DNA of 64,000 bases from Lingula anatina (GCA_051362555.1 CM120647.1:14794651-14858650); one strand, 5' to 3'; numbered from the stretch's first letter, positions 11,707 to 26,933 are shown. The notes: a model not told the origin generated them from the letters alone. Numbers and translations: made by a program.

Positions 11707-13769
11707 TAGCAACAGTAGATGAACAGGGTTGGGGCGTTCAGCAGTCCAAACGGCAACCCCCAACAAACTATGTTATACCTTATATAATATTAAGTCATGT
11801 TGGGGAGTAATTGTACCATCATATTACAGTATACATGTTCAAAATTTTCTAATATCAATAACATAAAAGATTGTAAAGAAAGAAATTCAATCGCATCCGT
11901 CTTTGAAGGTTTCAGATTATTTCAAAATGTAAAACAGAGGAAAACTAGAAGTTAGCCTTAATCAACATTACGCTTTTATTTATATTTCCGTTTTCAATTA
12001 ATGTTTACCAGACCCAATTTTCTGGCCAGTTATTTTTCGAGGAATTTGGAGAGAAATTACCAGTGTTAAATAAGTATTTAATGTCACTGGATACGTTTTT
12101 CCACAATTCACCTTTCAAAGGGATAAAAAAAAAAATACGAGCAATATGTTGTACTCCGGTTCATTGCTGTCAAATATTTATGATAACAAATTGCAGAATT
12201 TTTTATTCTTCATGACAAGTTTTTAGCTGGTATCATATATATTATTATTTGAGTTATACTTGGTTAAGAATGAATTTAATCTACTTAATTTTGAAACTAG
12301 CTATAGAAAACAAATCACTGCTTACACTTGGTGAACTGGGCTTGGGGGGGGGGTACGACAATTTTTTTTTTCTTGGGTCAAAATGGGGTAACTACTTTGG
12401 GTTTATATGCAAAGATCAATTTTTTGGCTTTATTTCCTTTGTAAAGCAGATTTCTGGTCATAAAATACTGTTAGCTGTCTAAATTGATAAAGTCTACCAG
12501 TACTAGTACTCTAAATAAATAAAGTTTACTAGCAGTCTAAATTGGCCTTTGCATGAATATGTGCCAAAGTTCAGACAAGTAAGGCAACATCATCTAGCTG
12601 GCGCCAACACAGGGTGTGATCGGCAAGATTTGAAGACGCGAGGCGAACCATATCTTTCTCACTCTCGCCCCCATAAACATACATATTAATTTTAAATTCA
12701 TTTATTACATATAAGACGTATATGGCACTTAAAGTGTCTCCATTAACATTACAAACTGATTTTCAAATATTTAATAAGTCTCAATCCACTGTTCAGAACA
12801 TGATAATATTGCTACTGTACTTTTGAAATGCAAAGCTGCCTTCAGAACAAAATAAAATAATTCCAACTAACGTCCCCAATTCTTTAAAAACTGTAATTAA
12901 AATATCCACTGTCACACAATTATATGCTCACTTATCACTTCTTTCTTCAATGTTGTTTTAAGAGCTTTCTTTTAGTGAATAATCATCAGATTCTTCAAAT
13001 TGGTTTCAAGAGATTTCTTTCCAATCAGAATATCTATCTAATCAATGTTTCAAAAATAAAATTTGTATAAAATCTGACGTTAGATGCATGGATCATCAGA
13101 CAATCTCATAATGGTACCAAGACTGATCCTAGATATCACAAACTTATTTGTAAATTCTATCTGAATCACCAAATCTATATCATTCAATTCCCAGATCATT
13201 ACCAGGTTTCTGCATTAATATTTTAAAAATATTCTAAACAGTTTTGACATGATCAGGAATTCATTTTCATTCAAAGGCATCTCTGGGTGTTAAAGTTTCC
13301 CAACCAGCCTGCAGATGACTGTTTAGAAATAAAGTCACCTTTCTTACATTAATTCTAACCTATAAAAATATATATTTCAATGGAATTCTGTCTTCAAGGG
13401 AACTAAGAAGACAAAGAATAAAGCTGCCCTTAAATGTGCATATATCACACACTGTGATGGGTTTCTTACAAAAAAAAAAATATATATATATATATATATT
13501 ACTTCCAGTTACAATATTGTTTTGTGGATGCACAAAAGGGGGCCCTACTGTTAAGTTAAGTGAAAGACAAGCCAGATACAGGAGCGAGTGCCTTAATGAA
13601 TCTGTAAGCAAGCACCAGTTCCTGGGCTTTTATGGGGGATGAAGAGCATGATAGGAAAGTTTGACTGTATGGTACACAGTGTATGGTCCAGAATGCTAAC
13701 TGTATGTTCTGTGACCAGATGTTCACAAAAAATTCTGAAATGAATTCAATGTCCTTTATGTAGTTTCTT

Positions 13770-16700
13770 CTAAACAGGTGTTGTGGCGCCGCTATCCATG
13801 TCCATCTGAAATTATAAAACAAACAGAGACTTAAATTATTAGAGTTTGCGATACACCCTTGTTAAAATCTATCCTATCCTTCATTTATATTGAATGATAT
13901 ATAAAAACACTCTCCCTTCAAATATATATGCAATTCAATTGTTTTTAAAGTTCTGAAAAAAACTGACACATCAAAGACCTTTGAATATTAATTTTCTGTC
14001 TAATGACCACTATTTGTAATTTTAATGTCAAAGATGGAAACATACCAAATATCACTTACAAAAAAAAAAAAAAAAACGACATGTAGCTGGCAATTTGAAA
14101 AGGGGGGGGGGATGTCTTTTCAGAAAAGGTTGACCTTTTCAGTTGATCCAACATGAGAAATGGTATTGGACCTAGGTCAGATTTTGATTCAGAGCCAAAA
14201 ACCCACCCACCCCAACCACCTGGACACCCTCAGGCCTGTGAAACACTACATGGTTTTCAAAAAAAAATATACATACTGTACATATCATTGATTTCAGTTC
14301 GATATTATATTGATTTGGCTTCAAAAATCTAGACGTTTGGCAGAAATTTTCCAGATATTTAGCAAAAATTTTCAAGAAACTTCAGCAAAAATATCTGCCC
14401 ATTCCACCTTCCGACTAGTTTCTATCCTATACTCACTTACAGCTCGACAGCAGCAGGGAAAGCAGCAGAAGAAACATCGACGACACAGCTGTAGCTCGCC
14501 ACACAGGACTGTCTCGTAGTATTGGACCACTGACGCTATGCATAGGATAAATCCCAGGAATACGCTGAGGAATGTGGCTACATGGATGTAAAACAGGGCA
14601 CTGCCCGACTGGAATAAGATAAAGTACAGAATATGAAATTTGAGCAATTAATGGTGTCCCTGAGACGAAGAAAGTGTCTGATTGCAATAGGGAACAGTAC
14701 AAAGTATGAAATTTGAGAAAGTAATGAGGGGTGTAAAATATAACGGAGAAAAGGAAACTGGTTGTCTGGAATACGGGGTTACATCTACATGAAATACAGC
14801 CAGAACTTATGAGGCTATTGAAAATTGATCTCCGTTTTCCATGCTGGTGCTCTGAAAGTCAGGGTGAGATTACTGTATAGAAAATGTAAAGGATTATTGT
14901 CTCTGTTTTCTCTCTCTCTCTAAAACCATTAGCTAGTTAGCATAACAACAAACTCACTCTTCACCAACATGAATGCTTCCAAACACCATACACACACATT
15001 CTCTCTCTTTCCCACTCTCTAAAACATCCATCCTACAACACAAACAAACACACACACGCACACACACACACACACACACGTACACACACACACACACACG
15101 TACACACAGACACACAGACACACACACACACTGTTCCTACCTTATAAGATGCTGGCACAGTCTTCTGCTCAATGAAACCAGCTAGTAACATGTACTGAGC
15201 CACCACATACAACAGCAGACACAACACTGTGAGAAGGAAAAACCTGAACACCTGGAAATAAAGAAAGCAGATATGATCATTTATGAAAAATTTTTATCAT
15301 CATTTCTTTTTCCATACCTCTACCTGTAGAAAGTATAAGGTGAAAGTTAAACATGATGATCTTTGACAGCAATTTGGATCATCATTTTAATTTATTATTT
15401 TTCAAAAGCATTCATATCCCCCCTAGCGTATGGTTTGTAGACTTGTGAAATTTTTATGATAAAAATGGATAACCCCCCTAACTGATATATGCATATGTAT
15501 ACAATTAGATGAATAATTCAACTCACTGTAGATGCACGTTTCCCAATAGCTGCCCTTATTGCCATACAGCCTGTCAGGATCAGCTGAAATATACCAGATA
15601 TAAACAGTCCTTGAGCACATGTGTATATGGAAAGGATAATTTAGACTGCAAAAGCTTCAATGATATCATCAAACAACCCACATTTGTCTCTTAATATTAA
15701 TATTTTTTTTTTGTCTGATCTAAGGCCCCATTCCCACCGACACCTTCGCTCTACATAGATCGACCCAACTCACGGAGTACCTCAGCTAAACTGAATGATG
15801 CCTCCTCCTGCATTAAGCAGAATACACAAAAGCTGGTTATTATACAAGTACGCTGGAAACAAAAGAAGGCGTGTCATTCAGTTGAGCTGACTGCACTCAG
15901 CAAGACTCCCCGCAGAGATGGAATGATCTACACAGACCAATGGTGACTGTGGGAATGGGGTCTAAGACACTTCATGACTGAGAAAGAGGCAGTGAAAGCT
16001 GCTGTTCAATTACTCTAACGTAATTAGGAATGATAATCCAAGAGTTGCTCTAGACTTACCATAGATCCTGCCCACATCCCCATACCGTACGTGTTATGGA
16101 CATCCAGATGTGGCTGAAATGTCCCCTCCTTGTCTTCAAACAATGGGATGATGAAGACTTCACTAATACCTAAATTGACAAGAAAATATTGTGAAATTCA
16201 ATTTAAAAAAAAAATTTTGAATATTAATTTTTTGTTGTGGATTTAAAGGACTGGGGAGCAGCAAGTTAAGCAAGCATCGGCTTAAACTGCTCAACAGACT
16301 CAGTTAGAACTTCTTGAAAAAAACTGTCACTGTAACAGCTGTATTGCGAAGAAATAATTCTAGATGTGAAAAGGCATATCAAAAAGGAGACAGACACATG
16401 ACTGTGCTTTTGCCAAAACAATAATAAATAAATAAATAATTAATTAACTGGTCAGTCTTTATAAAATGATTAGGAATAAATGGATAAGCATCATACCCAG
16501 CAGTACTGACAGGAATCCCACCACAGCCATCCATATTCCCAGGCCCCGGGGCCACCTGTTGTGGAACCGCCTCTGCTCCATGTACTGGGGCTTCGAGACC
16601 TCTGACCCTGCAGTGGCGCCATCTTCTGGGGCTTCTTGAATGGTGGGTTCATTCACTACTACTATGTGAGACTGAAATAAATAAAGCATGGTATTTTCAG

Positions 16701-17176
16701 GAAAAATGATTTTAATGTCAACTGGACTAGGGATAGTTGATGTTCTTTGGCTGTATATCACAAAATCTTTTGTTAATTTTTCAAATAAAATGAGAGTTGA
16801 GGATAAAAAATAGGAAATGAATTACAAGAACATCAATATTGCAGTTCTCACAAGATAAAAAAAAAAAAAAAACAAGAAATAAATTAAGTCACTAGAAATG
16901 AAAATTTAATAAATAAATAGATAAATACTGTTAGATAGTTTAAAATAGATAGGACTTTCCCCTTATAAAAAATTATAAATAACACCACGTGAGTACAAAA
17001 AGAGAGGCATTTAACCCACAAATGTAGCTTACAGTGTGTCTCTCCACAGCTGTTGCGTCCCCTGTCAGACCAGAGAGTTCCAGACGACGCCTCGCATCCT
17101 CAGGGGTATGCGGGGAGAGGGTGCATGTCCTGGGCTCCTCATCCTCATCTACTTGTGGCAGATACGGAACAGACAT
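13770..17176 (-). CDS. MS4A/CD20-like four-transmembrane protein with Cys-rich C-tail (exons 17176-17033, 16671-16497, 16169-16060, 15583-15527, 15251-15141, 14608-14441, 13805-13770)
   Basis: Spliced frame MSVPYLPQ...LGIWMAVVGFLSVLLGISE...YGMGMWAGSMLILTGCMAI...VFRFFLLTVLCLLLY...TFLSVFLGFILCIAS...CRRCFFCCFPCCCRA MDMDSGATTPV*. Canonical splice sites with consistent phases; four hydrophobic segments and a GxWxG motif. Confidence 0.7.
15042..15131. repeat. (CA)n microsatellite
   Basis: Imperfect CA run. Confidence 0.9.
15724..15962. mobile_element. PIF/Harbinger-like MITE family A
   Basis: TAA|GGCCCCATTCCCA ... TGGGAATGGGGTC|TAA. Confidence 0.8.
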
Positions 17177-18629
17177 GGCGCTTTCTTTTTTTTATGCTTG
17201 GTACACTTGTATAATAACTCTGTTACTGGTACCGCATAGAATTACAGCTCACAGTTGTATTCTTCTGTGGAAGTTTACTATATGGTGTATACTAGTAAAG
17301 AGCTCTGCTGCTTGTATATCACATTGAATCACAGCTTACTGCACTGCTTATACTGAGTTGTACAGTACTAGCTAATTTTTTCTCCACACCATGTATAACA
17401 AGGTCTGTTATACAGATATTATACTAAATTATTAATATTGATGGGGGTAGATTAGTAATACTGGTATGTCTTAAAGCCTGTACTCCTTGCTTGTGTGTGT
17501 GAAAGTACAGATTTATCACTGAAAATATTATACTAGTAACTCAGTGTTTTCAGTTTTACTTGTAAAATTTTACAGGATCAAGCATTGATTATATTTCCAC
17601 CACATTTAATGCAAAATGCCAGTCAGAGCAGATTGTTCTCAGGCTGTAATTTGTTCGAATATCTTTACTCTTGCACATGTATTTATTGATATGTAGTTAT
17701 ATATAATATACTTGTAGTTTTATATTATAGTTTTAGCTCCATACTTCATAATTCTGGGCGAGCTATTTTGCTGCATTAATCATCAGTATCTCCAAGTAGA
17801 CACTATCACAGACATCTTGGTACTTCAAATACTATATGTCATTGTTGACCTAGAAGATAATATGGTTCGTATCTCCCATCCACAGGTTACATACGTCAAG
17901 TAAATACAATTGTTCTTCTTATCCAGCTGCAGTTTTCTCCATGTCAGCTACAAATAACTTCCAGAATAATTCAGTCATGGGCCTGTGCCCAATGATGACT
18001 TCTTATCAAATTTTAAGTTAAGCTTCCTGAAATATAATAAGAAGAAAGATATAATGACTCAACAGCAGTCACAAGTCTACTCTGAACTTCAAACTGTGCT
18101 GTATAATCCTGCTAAAGCCTCTAAATATCCTCTGGTTAAATCGATAACAAATAACTTATCTTAACAAAAAAAAAAAAAAAATTAAATATGACTCACAGTC
18201 ACAACTCTTTGGCTCGTATATACTGTAGGTCGGTTATTCTCGTGTTAAATTAAATATTTTAGATCTTACTTAATTTGCTATGTCTTAAATCAAAACAATA
18301 CTCTCATACATACTGATGAACTATTTCACTTATAATCGGTCAGGTTACAAAACACCGTAAAAGCGGCAGTACAAATAGTAGTGCTGAAAACGGAATATAC
18401 CACGAATAGCCAAGCTTCACAAACGCTTTGAGTCGAAAGCGATCGAAGGTGTTCATTTTACTCTGTACGTGTAAAATATATCTGGACAGTTAAATACCGT
18501 TTCTACTGAATCAAAACCACCTGCATTCTTTTCTCAGATAATCAGAATCCTGTATTGTTCAGCATTACCTTTGCTACACCGCATAACTCCATTAGTAAGA
18601 CGTGGGTCACATGCTTCTTGTTTATTTCT

Positions 18630-18690
18630 TGTCCGCCATCTTGAGGGAATTCCGCCCGTCACGTGACGGCTGTGACGGGGGCGTCCAGTG
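18630..18690 (-). promoter_or_regulatory. Probable promoter of the MS4A-like gene (YY1-type motif, CLEAR/E-box palindrome, GC-rich)
   Basis: CCGCCATCTTG at ~18633 and 14-bp palindrome CCGTCACGTGACGG at 18656-18669, in a local CpG-rich patch. Confidence 0.5.
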
Positions 18691-18857
18691 CGACTTGAAC
18701 TGAACAGGTAACCCAAACTATTATTGGGTCAAATTTTAAGGGGGTCCTTAGCGGATTTCATTTTTTAAAACCTTCTTGTTTACTTTTTAATACCTTATTA
18801 TTGTGTTTTAACAATAGAATAAAATGTTTGTTTCAATGCCAGAATAAATGGTTAAGA

Positions 18858-18921
<64 letters not shown>
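18858..18921. repeat. (TA)n microsatellite
   Basis: Long TA run. Confidence 0.95.
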
Positions 18922-18925
<4 letters not shown>

Positions 18926-19395
18926 GAAGACATGCAGGCACATACCCATTATGTACGTGTAGACTTTTTTTTTTCTTTTTTTTTGGGGGGGGAGGTAAAA
19001 TAATGGTTCGGTCATGGACAAAAACAGTTAAATAAAGGCCTATCCCTAATTATTGGATTAAACTTAAATAAGTCATTTTCTTTTGTTTAAAAAAACATAT
19101 TACGTAATGCATGTAGATCTATGTTACAGTATTGTAGAATGACATTAATTGTACATTTTATTTCATGAAGGCCAGTAATTAAGCCATGGAGCACCTCCCT
19201 CGAAAAACTGAAATATCCTGTTATCCAGATCTGCTCTGAGAATTGTACGTGCTATATACGTGCACTGATGCCCCATCTGATATACATGTATATACCAGTA
19301 CCGATTATATACACAATGAAAAAGTGAGCACTATTTTCTTTCTTAATTTACAATATACATTGGGCCCAAAAAGGTTGGAAAGGTGAATTGTTTTT

Positions 19396-19435
<40 letters not shown>

Positions 19436-19959
19436 ATATGAAATGCATTGAGAAAATCTTTAGTGTACTTTTTTTTTTTTTTTTTGAGAGCCACAAGTAC
19501 AGCTTAATAAGATCCAGTTGCCAAGCGACTTAAAAACAATAAATAAAAACCACATGCATGCCTAGTTTAAGATGAGGGACTTTTATTAACAGGTATAATT
19601 TCATGATTCTGAATAAATAATGTTATAATATCACTCATAAACAGAAAAAGCAACATATGCCTATTAACAACACCGACTTCTGCATGTATTAATATTTACT
19701 GCATTGTATTTTTGTAAATTGTATATTAAATTGTTAAATCTGACAATTAAGAAACCATATAAGTGTATAAAGTTAAAATATTTGATAAAAATAAAATGTG
19801 GCCTTTATGAGATTTTGAAAATCAAAACTGCAAGAATAACTTCACACTAGCCGCAATATAGTCTTATAATTTAGTTATTAAGTAAGGAATTAAATTATCC
19901 ATGTTGCATTTACTCCTATGTAAGTACACAGAGAACATCTAAATGCTGAAAGTTCTTAA

Positions 19960-22146
19960 TTAGGATTTCAACTTGGTAAATAATCCTATGCTCATGATTC
20001 CACAGACAACGAATCCCAAGTAACCAAAAGAGGGGAAGCCATACTGGTGCAGCATGATTCCTCCTATAGTGGGCGACACTGTTCTGATCAGAGAATTCAT
20101 GGCCATGTTTACACCAAGAATAGCACCTGAGAGAAAAATAAATAATTTAAAATAAATAAATAAATAAGGCATTAACATAAAGAATAGATAAAGGGTTATA
20201 CAATTTTGTCAATATTAAAATGCTAGTAACTGGTTGCCTCCACTTTGAATTTCAAATAAAGAAAACATGCTATATGTTAATTGGTATATCTGATGTTTTC
20301 AAACATGCAGGTACAAGGGTAGCTGTTTTTAATATTCTACTTTTTAAAAGATATAACTATCAGACACAATGTACATGCAGCAATATATCTCACACTGTTT
20401 GGATTTATCAAACGATTGCCACTGTTACAGGGATGATAGTCCTAGCTATTTTTAATATTCTACTTTTTAAAAGATATAACTATCAGATACAATGTACATG
20501 CAGCAATATATGTCACACTGTTTAGATTTATCAAACGATTGGGGACAAATGCCTTCCATACCTGTCACAGTCGTACTCACCTGTGTCTGCATGTGGCACC
20601 CTCTTAGTGAGGGCGCTGCTGATGACTATATTCTGTGTTGTGAGGCCAAAGCACAGAGGTATGGCGACCACTGCAAACTGCCATACTGAGGTTACATAGG
20701 ACTGAAATGGGCCAGAAAGTTAATTACTTTGTTAACTAATTAATTAATTTATAAAGTACATGTATATAATAATAATATTTATTTATTTACAGTCTAAAAT
20801 CCACATAAAATGTTCAGTACTTTTTAAGGGGTGAAATGAGTGTATATCTACACTTCAGAAATTTTATTAGCTCGTCATCCATAAAATAAAGAATTAACAT
20901 CCAGCAAACAAAATAAGAAATTGCAAACAAAATTGGGAAATTGCTGGTAAAATATCAACCATCTAATAATCAAAAATTAACTGTATGTGTCATTAAATGA
21001 GTAAAGAAATAACTCACCAAAATTAAAATATTGATAAATCAATGCACTTCTTTATCAAAAAGAAAAATCAGTTTGAAAAGGGCTGAATGTTAATCATTAA
21101 CTTATTAATGGACAAAGATATTAATTTATGAAATAAAATAAGAATATTTCCCTTGAAATTCAGGTCATTCAAACCAAAGGTAAGAATTTTAGGAAGATAC
21201 TTACCAAAGCTAAATATGCCCAAATCATAATAAAAGTTGCTAGTTTAATCAAGGAATTATCATTGAACTTCTTTCCCACTATTCCCAGTCCAAAACCTTG
21301 GATAAGCTGAAAAATCAAAATTTATATGATTTTGAAAATCAGTTTGGTGACATATTTTGATACAAACTCATTTTATTTGAATGTAGAGTATTCTTATTTT
21401 ACCATTCTCATTATCATTACTGTGATTATTATTATTTTTTATGGGAGTCCATTTTCAACTTTCATGAAACATGACTTATAAATAACACACATTTTAAAAC
21501 TATAAGTATATATACATTTTTCATATGTATTTGGGTAAGTTTGGATTTAAGCTAACTATAACTAATCTCTTTGAAACCCTTATGATCAAACACCAAATAA
21601 ACCTGACACTTCTCACCATAACTAAAACTCCTGTATATGCCATGAGGTAGCCATTTTGTTCTGGTTCCAGCTTGAACAGTGTCACTGCGACTATTGGAAA
21701 CATGCTTTGGAAAATGCCGATTGGAATGCCTAAGAGTAAGAACAAAAAGAAGAACACAGAACTGATAAATAGAAATTGGAATACATAAAACTGACAAACA
21801 ATTAAGAATACACATTTGGGAAATACCCAAATATGTGTCATTTGTCTTTCTTGACCACATTTCTAACAGTCATGTAATATCAAAGTTAAAAACTGTTTTG
21901 GTTTATTTTTATATTTTGAAAAAAAAAAATCCCTATTCATTTATTTTACCTGTAAATGTCTTGACAGCCAGAAGGAGCCCAGTTCCTGGTGTTTGGAGGA
22001 GGGTGCCAATCTTCTTCATGTTGAACACAGCTGTGGTACTCTCTGGAGATTTAACAATAATGATTTGATCTTGTATGTACTGGGGTATATACTGTGTCTT
22101 TATTTCCCCTTAGTCACAGATCTATTTAAGGAAATAATTGAGCTTT

Positions 22147-22188
<42 letters not shown>

Positions 22189-25100
22189 TTATTAAGATTG
22201 CAACCCATTGAAGTTGTACACACAATGTCACTAGTGTCACATCTAACACATTCTTTAAAAATCTTCCTTACCTTCTTTGTGGACTTCAGTATGATATAGC
22301 TTGGTGTGCTTTGGTATAGACATTTTAACTATCACAATACTTAGTATAGACCCGGACGCTGCCACAAAGGCAGCAAATTGTTCTCTGCAAATGAAACAAT
22401 ACAGAATTATTGTGAACATAAAGGAATGAAATAAACTGAGCAAAACAAACAAACAAACAAAAAATATTCACAAGTAGACAGGGGGCTGTAGATTAACGTC
22501 TTAAATTAATACATTAGTCTTGTCGAGTGTGGGGATCTACTTCGTAAACAAACGCAAGGCCATTATGCTGTCAATCTCTGTGGACTGCTGCAGGCTTTAT
22601 CAATTAAGTACATGGCAAAGGCCTTAATCTACTCCTGTGACATTTCATTGTCTCATTCTAGACTTACCCAAATGCTTTGGTTAACACTCCTCCAACGAGT
22701 GGCCCTACTATGAAGCCGATGCCATAGGAAAGTCCCAGCTTCCCAAGTGCGTCTGATCTCTGCTTTTCTTCAGACATGTCTGTTACCACCATCTGCCCAC
22801 CTGTGGGGATTTATGACTGGTTTATGACTGGGTTCATTGATTTAAGGCTGTATTCCCAGAGCTTTTAGATCGATCTATCCCCACGGGGAGTCTCACTAGA
22901 TTACTGTCAGATAATCCGGCTTAAATGTCCGTCCTGCTTACTACAAGCTGTAAGGGGGTAATTAACTTTCGTGTCCACTTGGCTGACAGTTATTTAGCGT
23001 GAACCCCCAGGGAGTTAGGTCGATCTAAAGTAGATCAATCTAATCTCTGGAAATGGGGTGTAAGACTGGATAAACTGATTTAAGACTGCCTAAACCGCTT
23101 TAAAAATGAGTTAAACATTTTAAGACTGAGTTTCTTAATTCAGCCTATGTCACAGTTTACCACATCTAAGACTTGACTGTGTAGTTTACTGATTTATGAC
23201 ATAGTTAAATGCTTAAAGATTTAGATATCTTTAGTAAATGAAAAAATATCGAGTTATCTTTGAAAAAGTATAAAATTGAAGGTTTTACGAGGGCACATAG
23301 TGCCCAAAAGTGAACAATTAATAATTCAAGACAGATGTGAGAGACAACACATAGAACAATTTAGCACACAATACTACATGTTCCAATATCTTCAGGTCTA
23401 CTGAATTTAGTCTGTCAGATATTAACACAAGCTTACCTTGCATAGCATGCATGAAGACAGAGGGCAGCCTGGACAGGAACAACATGGGTACTGTAAACGA
23501 CATACCCAGGATCAAGTAGGAGAGAGCGGCGGAACTGAAGGCTAACACCAGTGCTGCCTGCCCTCCATATAAATCACCATACCTAAAGGAAAGATGAAGA
23601 GATAAATGCACTTAAAGATGCATACAAAGTCAAATTTGTGTCATAAAAACCAACCAAATGCCAGCATATAGTTTCAAGTAGTATAACTAAGAGAATTACC
23701 ACAAGGCATTGTTTAATTTTACCCAAAAATGATGTTTGAACGGATTTTTCTGCTGGCATTCTAAGCTGTATGTCAATGGGGCAGGAAAGTAGGTCACAAA
23801 AGTAGGTTAAATTTACAACCAAAAACTTAAAGAAAGGAGCAGTCTAAAGGTCATTTATGGCTGATCAAGTGATCTATTCAGTTTATCCCTTGGCATGTCG
23901 AATTTATTTGAGTCATATAAGAATCTAGTAGAAGTGGTTTACATGTGTTACTGGGAATCCACGCTCCTACGATGCTCGGTTCGTATGTACCTTTAATTAT
24001 GCCATACTTTTAGGTAAACAAAGACATGAACACAATAAAATACATGTGGGTAATAAGTTTTGATCAGGTAGGTGACAGCTACAAGTACCTTTGATTTTAT
24101 CATCTGCACTGGGAAATGTACCGGTAAATAGTACATGAACAGGAAGGTAAACACACACATATGCATATGAACAGTAACAGAGACACAAAAGATCACTCAG
24201 AGTGACCCCCCACAAACACACACACACACACACACACACAGGCATGGCTAGGTACATAACTCACCTTCCAAACAGTGGTCCTCCACAGAGCTGTACGATG
24301 GCAAACGTGGTCTGAAGATAGCCAAACACTGCTGGGTCCACCTCAAACTTCTTGATTAGATACTGAAAGAAAGAGTAATAAGTCTAGTTTTGATACCTCC
24401 ATAAAATATTTATAACCATTTTGAGGCAAATCAATTATAAACTGATTGTGAATAATTAGTAATCACAAATATAATTATCAACGTCTTTATTATGAGACCA
24501 AAAAAAATAAATAAAAAATAAATAAATAAACAATTGAGATTCCAACACAAAAAGGGATCCCCCAATAACTACTCACTCACCGGCATAGTCCCCTGTTGTA
24601 TCCAGAAAAAGACAGAATACAGTACTATATTTGCATGCACGGCGAGCACCACGTAGTTCACGCTGCGACCAAACAGGTTAATCATGAAGGGAGCCAGGGC
24701 ATTCTTCTCCTCTTTAGGGTCGTGTTGATAATTGGTATCATCTGGGCCCTTCAAATAATGAATATGAAAAATCTGATGATATTTTCTAAATTGTGAAAAA
24801 GATGTGTGGAATCATTTGGCCTCTTCTGGGTGATGTAATGATAAAGTACTAGTATGCCATTTTATATTTATATTTCAAGTTTGTTTGAACTTGAATTGAA
24901 AAGGATTCTACTGAGAGATAATGAAATATATATGTTGTTGTTGTTGTTGTTGTTTTTTTTTTTTTTTTTTTTTTTTTTATTTGTTATACTGTACAACAGT
25001 AAATCTATAAAATTTTATGACTAATGAAGAAGATCAAATATAACTTTCCTACTTAACTCACATAACTTGCTATTTGGTACTAAAATTTTACCTAATGGAA

Positions 25101-25316
25101 ACCTACCGGAACAAACTACTTGTAGGAAATCACTTTCTCTCAGTCTTTTAGTTTTTTTGTATTTTTTTTTTTTTCGTTTGCTTAATAGACTATAATTATG
25201 AACACACCACACCTCACCTGGTATAGCTCCTCATACAGCTCAGTAGTGTCCTCTGTGAGGTCCATGGCACGCAGAGACTGGTCATGGTGAGCCGTCATCG
25301 TGGGCCGCTTACTCAT
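19960..25316 (-). CDS. SLC22A18: SLC22A18-like major facilitator superfamily transporter (~11 coding exons)
   Basis: Exons encode FGYLQTTFAIVQLCGGPLFGRYGDLYG (MFS motif A region), LFLSRLPSVFMHAMQGGQMVVTD, DALGKLGLSYGIGFIVGPLVGG and LGVNMAMNSLIRTVSPTIGG. The first exon (25316-25218, MSKRPT...) is less certain. Confidence 0.8.
20321..20540. repeat. Two-copy ~100-bp tandem duplication in an intron
   Basis: AGCT.TTTTTAATATTCTACTTTTTAAAAGATATAACTATCAGA...AAACGATTG occurs at ~20321 and ~20444. Confidence 0.85.
22846..23060. mobile_element. Harbinger-like MITE family B
   Basis: TAA on both sides, GGCTGTATTCCCAGAG...CTCTGGAAATGGGGTG; homologous to 8762-8975. Confidence 0.75.
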
Positions 25317-26933
25317 CTTCTCTGTGATGGTGAGATTCACCGAACCAATATCACTATTATCTACAGATATTTAAATGGATCCAATTTGAATCTTTATAGA
25401 ATTAATTAAGGATAGGTATGGGTATTTGGGTTTAAAGTATAGGTGAATGGAAGAGTGCATAAACATAGACTGAAGGTTCATTGGTCCAAATGTTCACTAT
25501 AGAATGTTTGGACAAATGAACCCTTTTATTTAAAAACTGATGAAAATGTTGCTATTTTTCAGAACAATGAAACTCCAGACCACTAAATTTTCAGACTATT
25601 GAGATGCACCCAAATGGAAAAACTAATAGGCACAGAGACATACAGGCTAATGAGTAAATGAATTGTGTAAAATTGCAGGAATATTTTAATACAATAATTT
25701 ATTCACTTATTAAAGTTTTTATTTATTTATTTATTTATCTATATACCTTATCAATTTAAATTGTGTTCAACGTGGCATTTTATGTTCAAATTACAGTATG
25801 TGGATTCATCCACCAATAAAGACAACACCTGTAGACTGTACATATGTGTTCTACAGTACAAAGTTCAACAGTCCGTGAAAAATATATGCAATGGTCGACT
25901 ATGAATCCTTATATAATGCTATATACATGTACCAAGCAAAGGCTCGTGATTAAAGAGACAATATTTCAAGTTTAAGTCTTGTCTTTGGCTAAGAACCACA
26001 CCCCAACAACACTGCACTTGTGCTGCAATGTTTGTCATTATCTGCAACATGTTAATTACTTATGTAACTTCCGGTGCTGTAAGCATTACTGCTGCCAGCT
26101 GTAACTGTCTACACAAAAAATGCGGTTTGTTACTTATGCAACAAACAGCAATGCTTCATTACGGTTTTTGTAACTTAAACCACTCGTGGCTTCAACAGAA
26201 AACTCTCCTTGTTGCATTACACCTCACATGCTCGTAAGTGTTCATAATACTGAAAATTAGGGTTAAATACATACGTTAAGGCTAAATATGTCGCGTCACC
26301 GTTCCATTTCCTGGCTTCAAGCTTAAATAGGTCGATGGTTACTCTCTAACCCACATTTTTACTTTATCAAGTTTTGAACAGCACATTAATTCACTAAATA
26401 TAAACAGCAAGTTAATACAGTGGACAAATACACCTAAATAGCAACTTATTGCAATATGTTTGATCAAATTATTTGATTAAGCTACAAAGTACATAGCTGC
26501 TGTGATTAAGGAGACTAAAAGATGACCTTGGCATTATTACAATGGGGCACACCCCCTTCTCGTGAACCTGCAGATACAATATAGGCATTGAGTATTGAAG
26601 AGAAATTTTAAAAGTGCTCAGAAACGTTGTCAGTATCATATTGTTATGTAGATCCATTTTTTCATTAATATTACATTCATAATCATTATCATCATATAAT
26701 TACATATTTAATTAAATGAGTGTTAATTTTTGCTTCCAACTATATCACGGATATTAGTATGCATCTAAGTAGGTTTCAAAATTAAATTAAAAAAAAAAAA
26801 ATTAAAATCTAAATAGACCTAAATATCAAATGCATGTTGTAATTTCCAAAGAAGTGGAGGTTGTTTCAATACGAACTTTTATCAATGAATTCACCTTGCA
26901 CGTCTCTTATACAGCTAGTGCCTACATGTAGGC

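Noticed and set aside
11716-11765. Hairpin in the SDR3 3' UTR as a SECIS element
   Set aside because: No in-frame TGA in the CDS and the SECIS core geometry is not met.
13556-13822. 88-aa minus ORF as the last exon of the MS4A-like gene
   Set aside because: The upstream donor is phase 0, which gives MDMDSGATTPV* instead.
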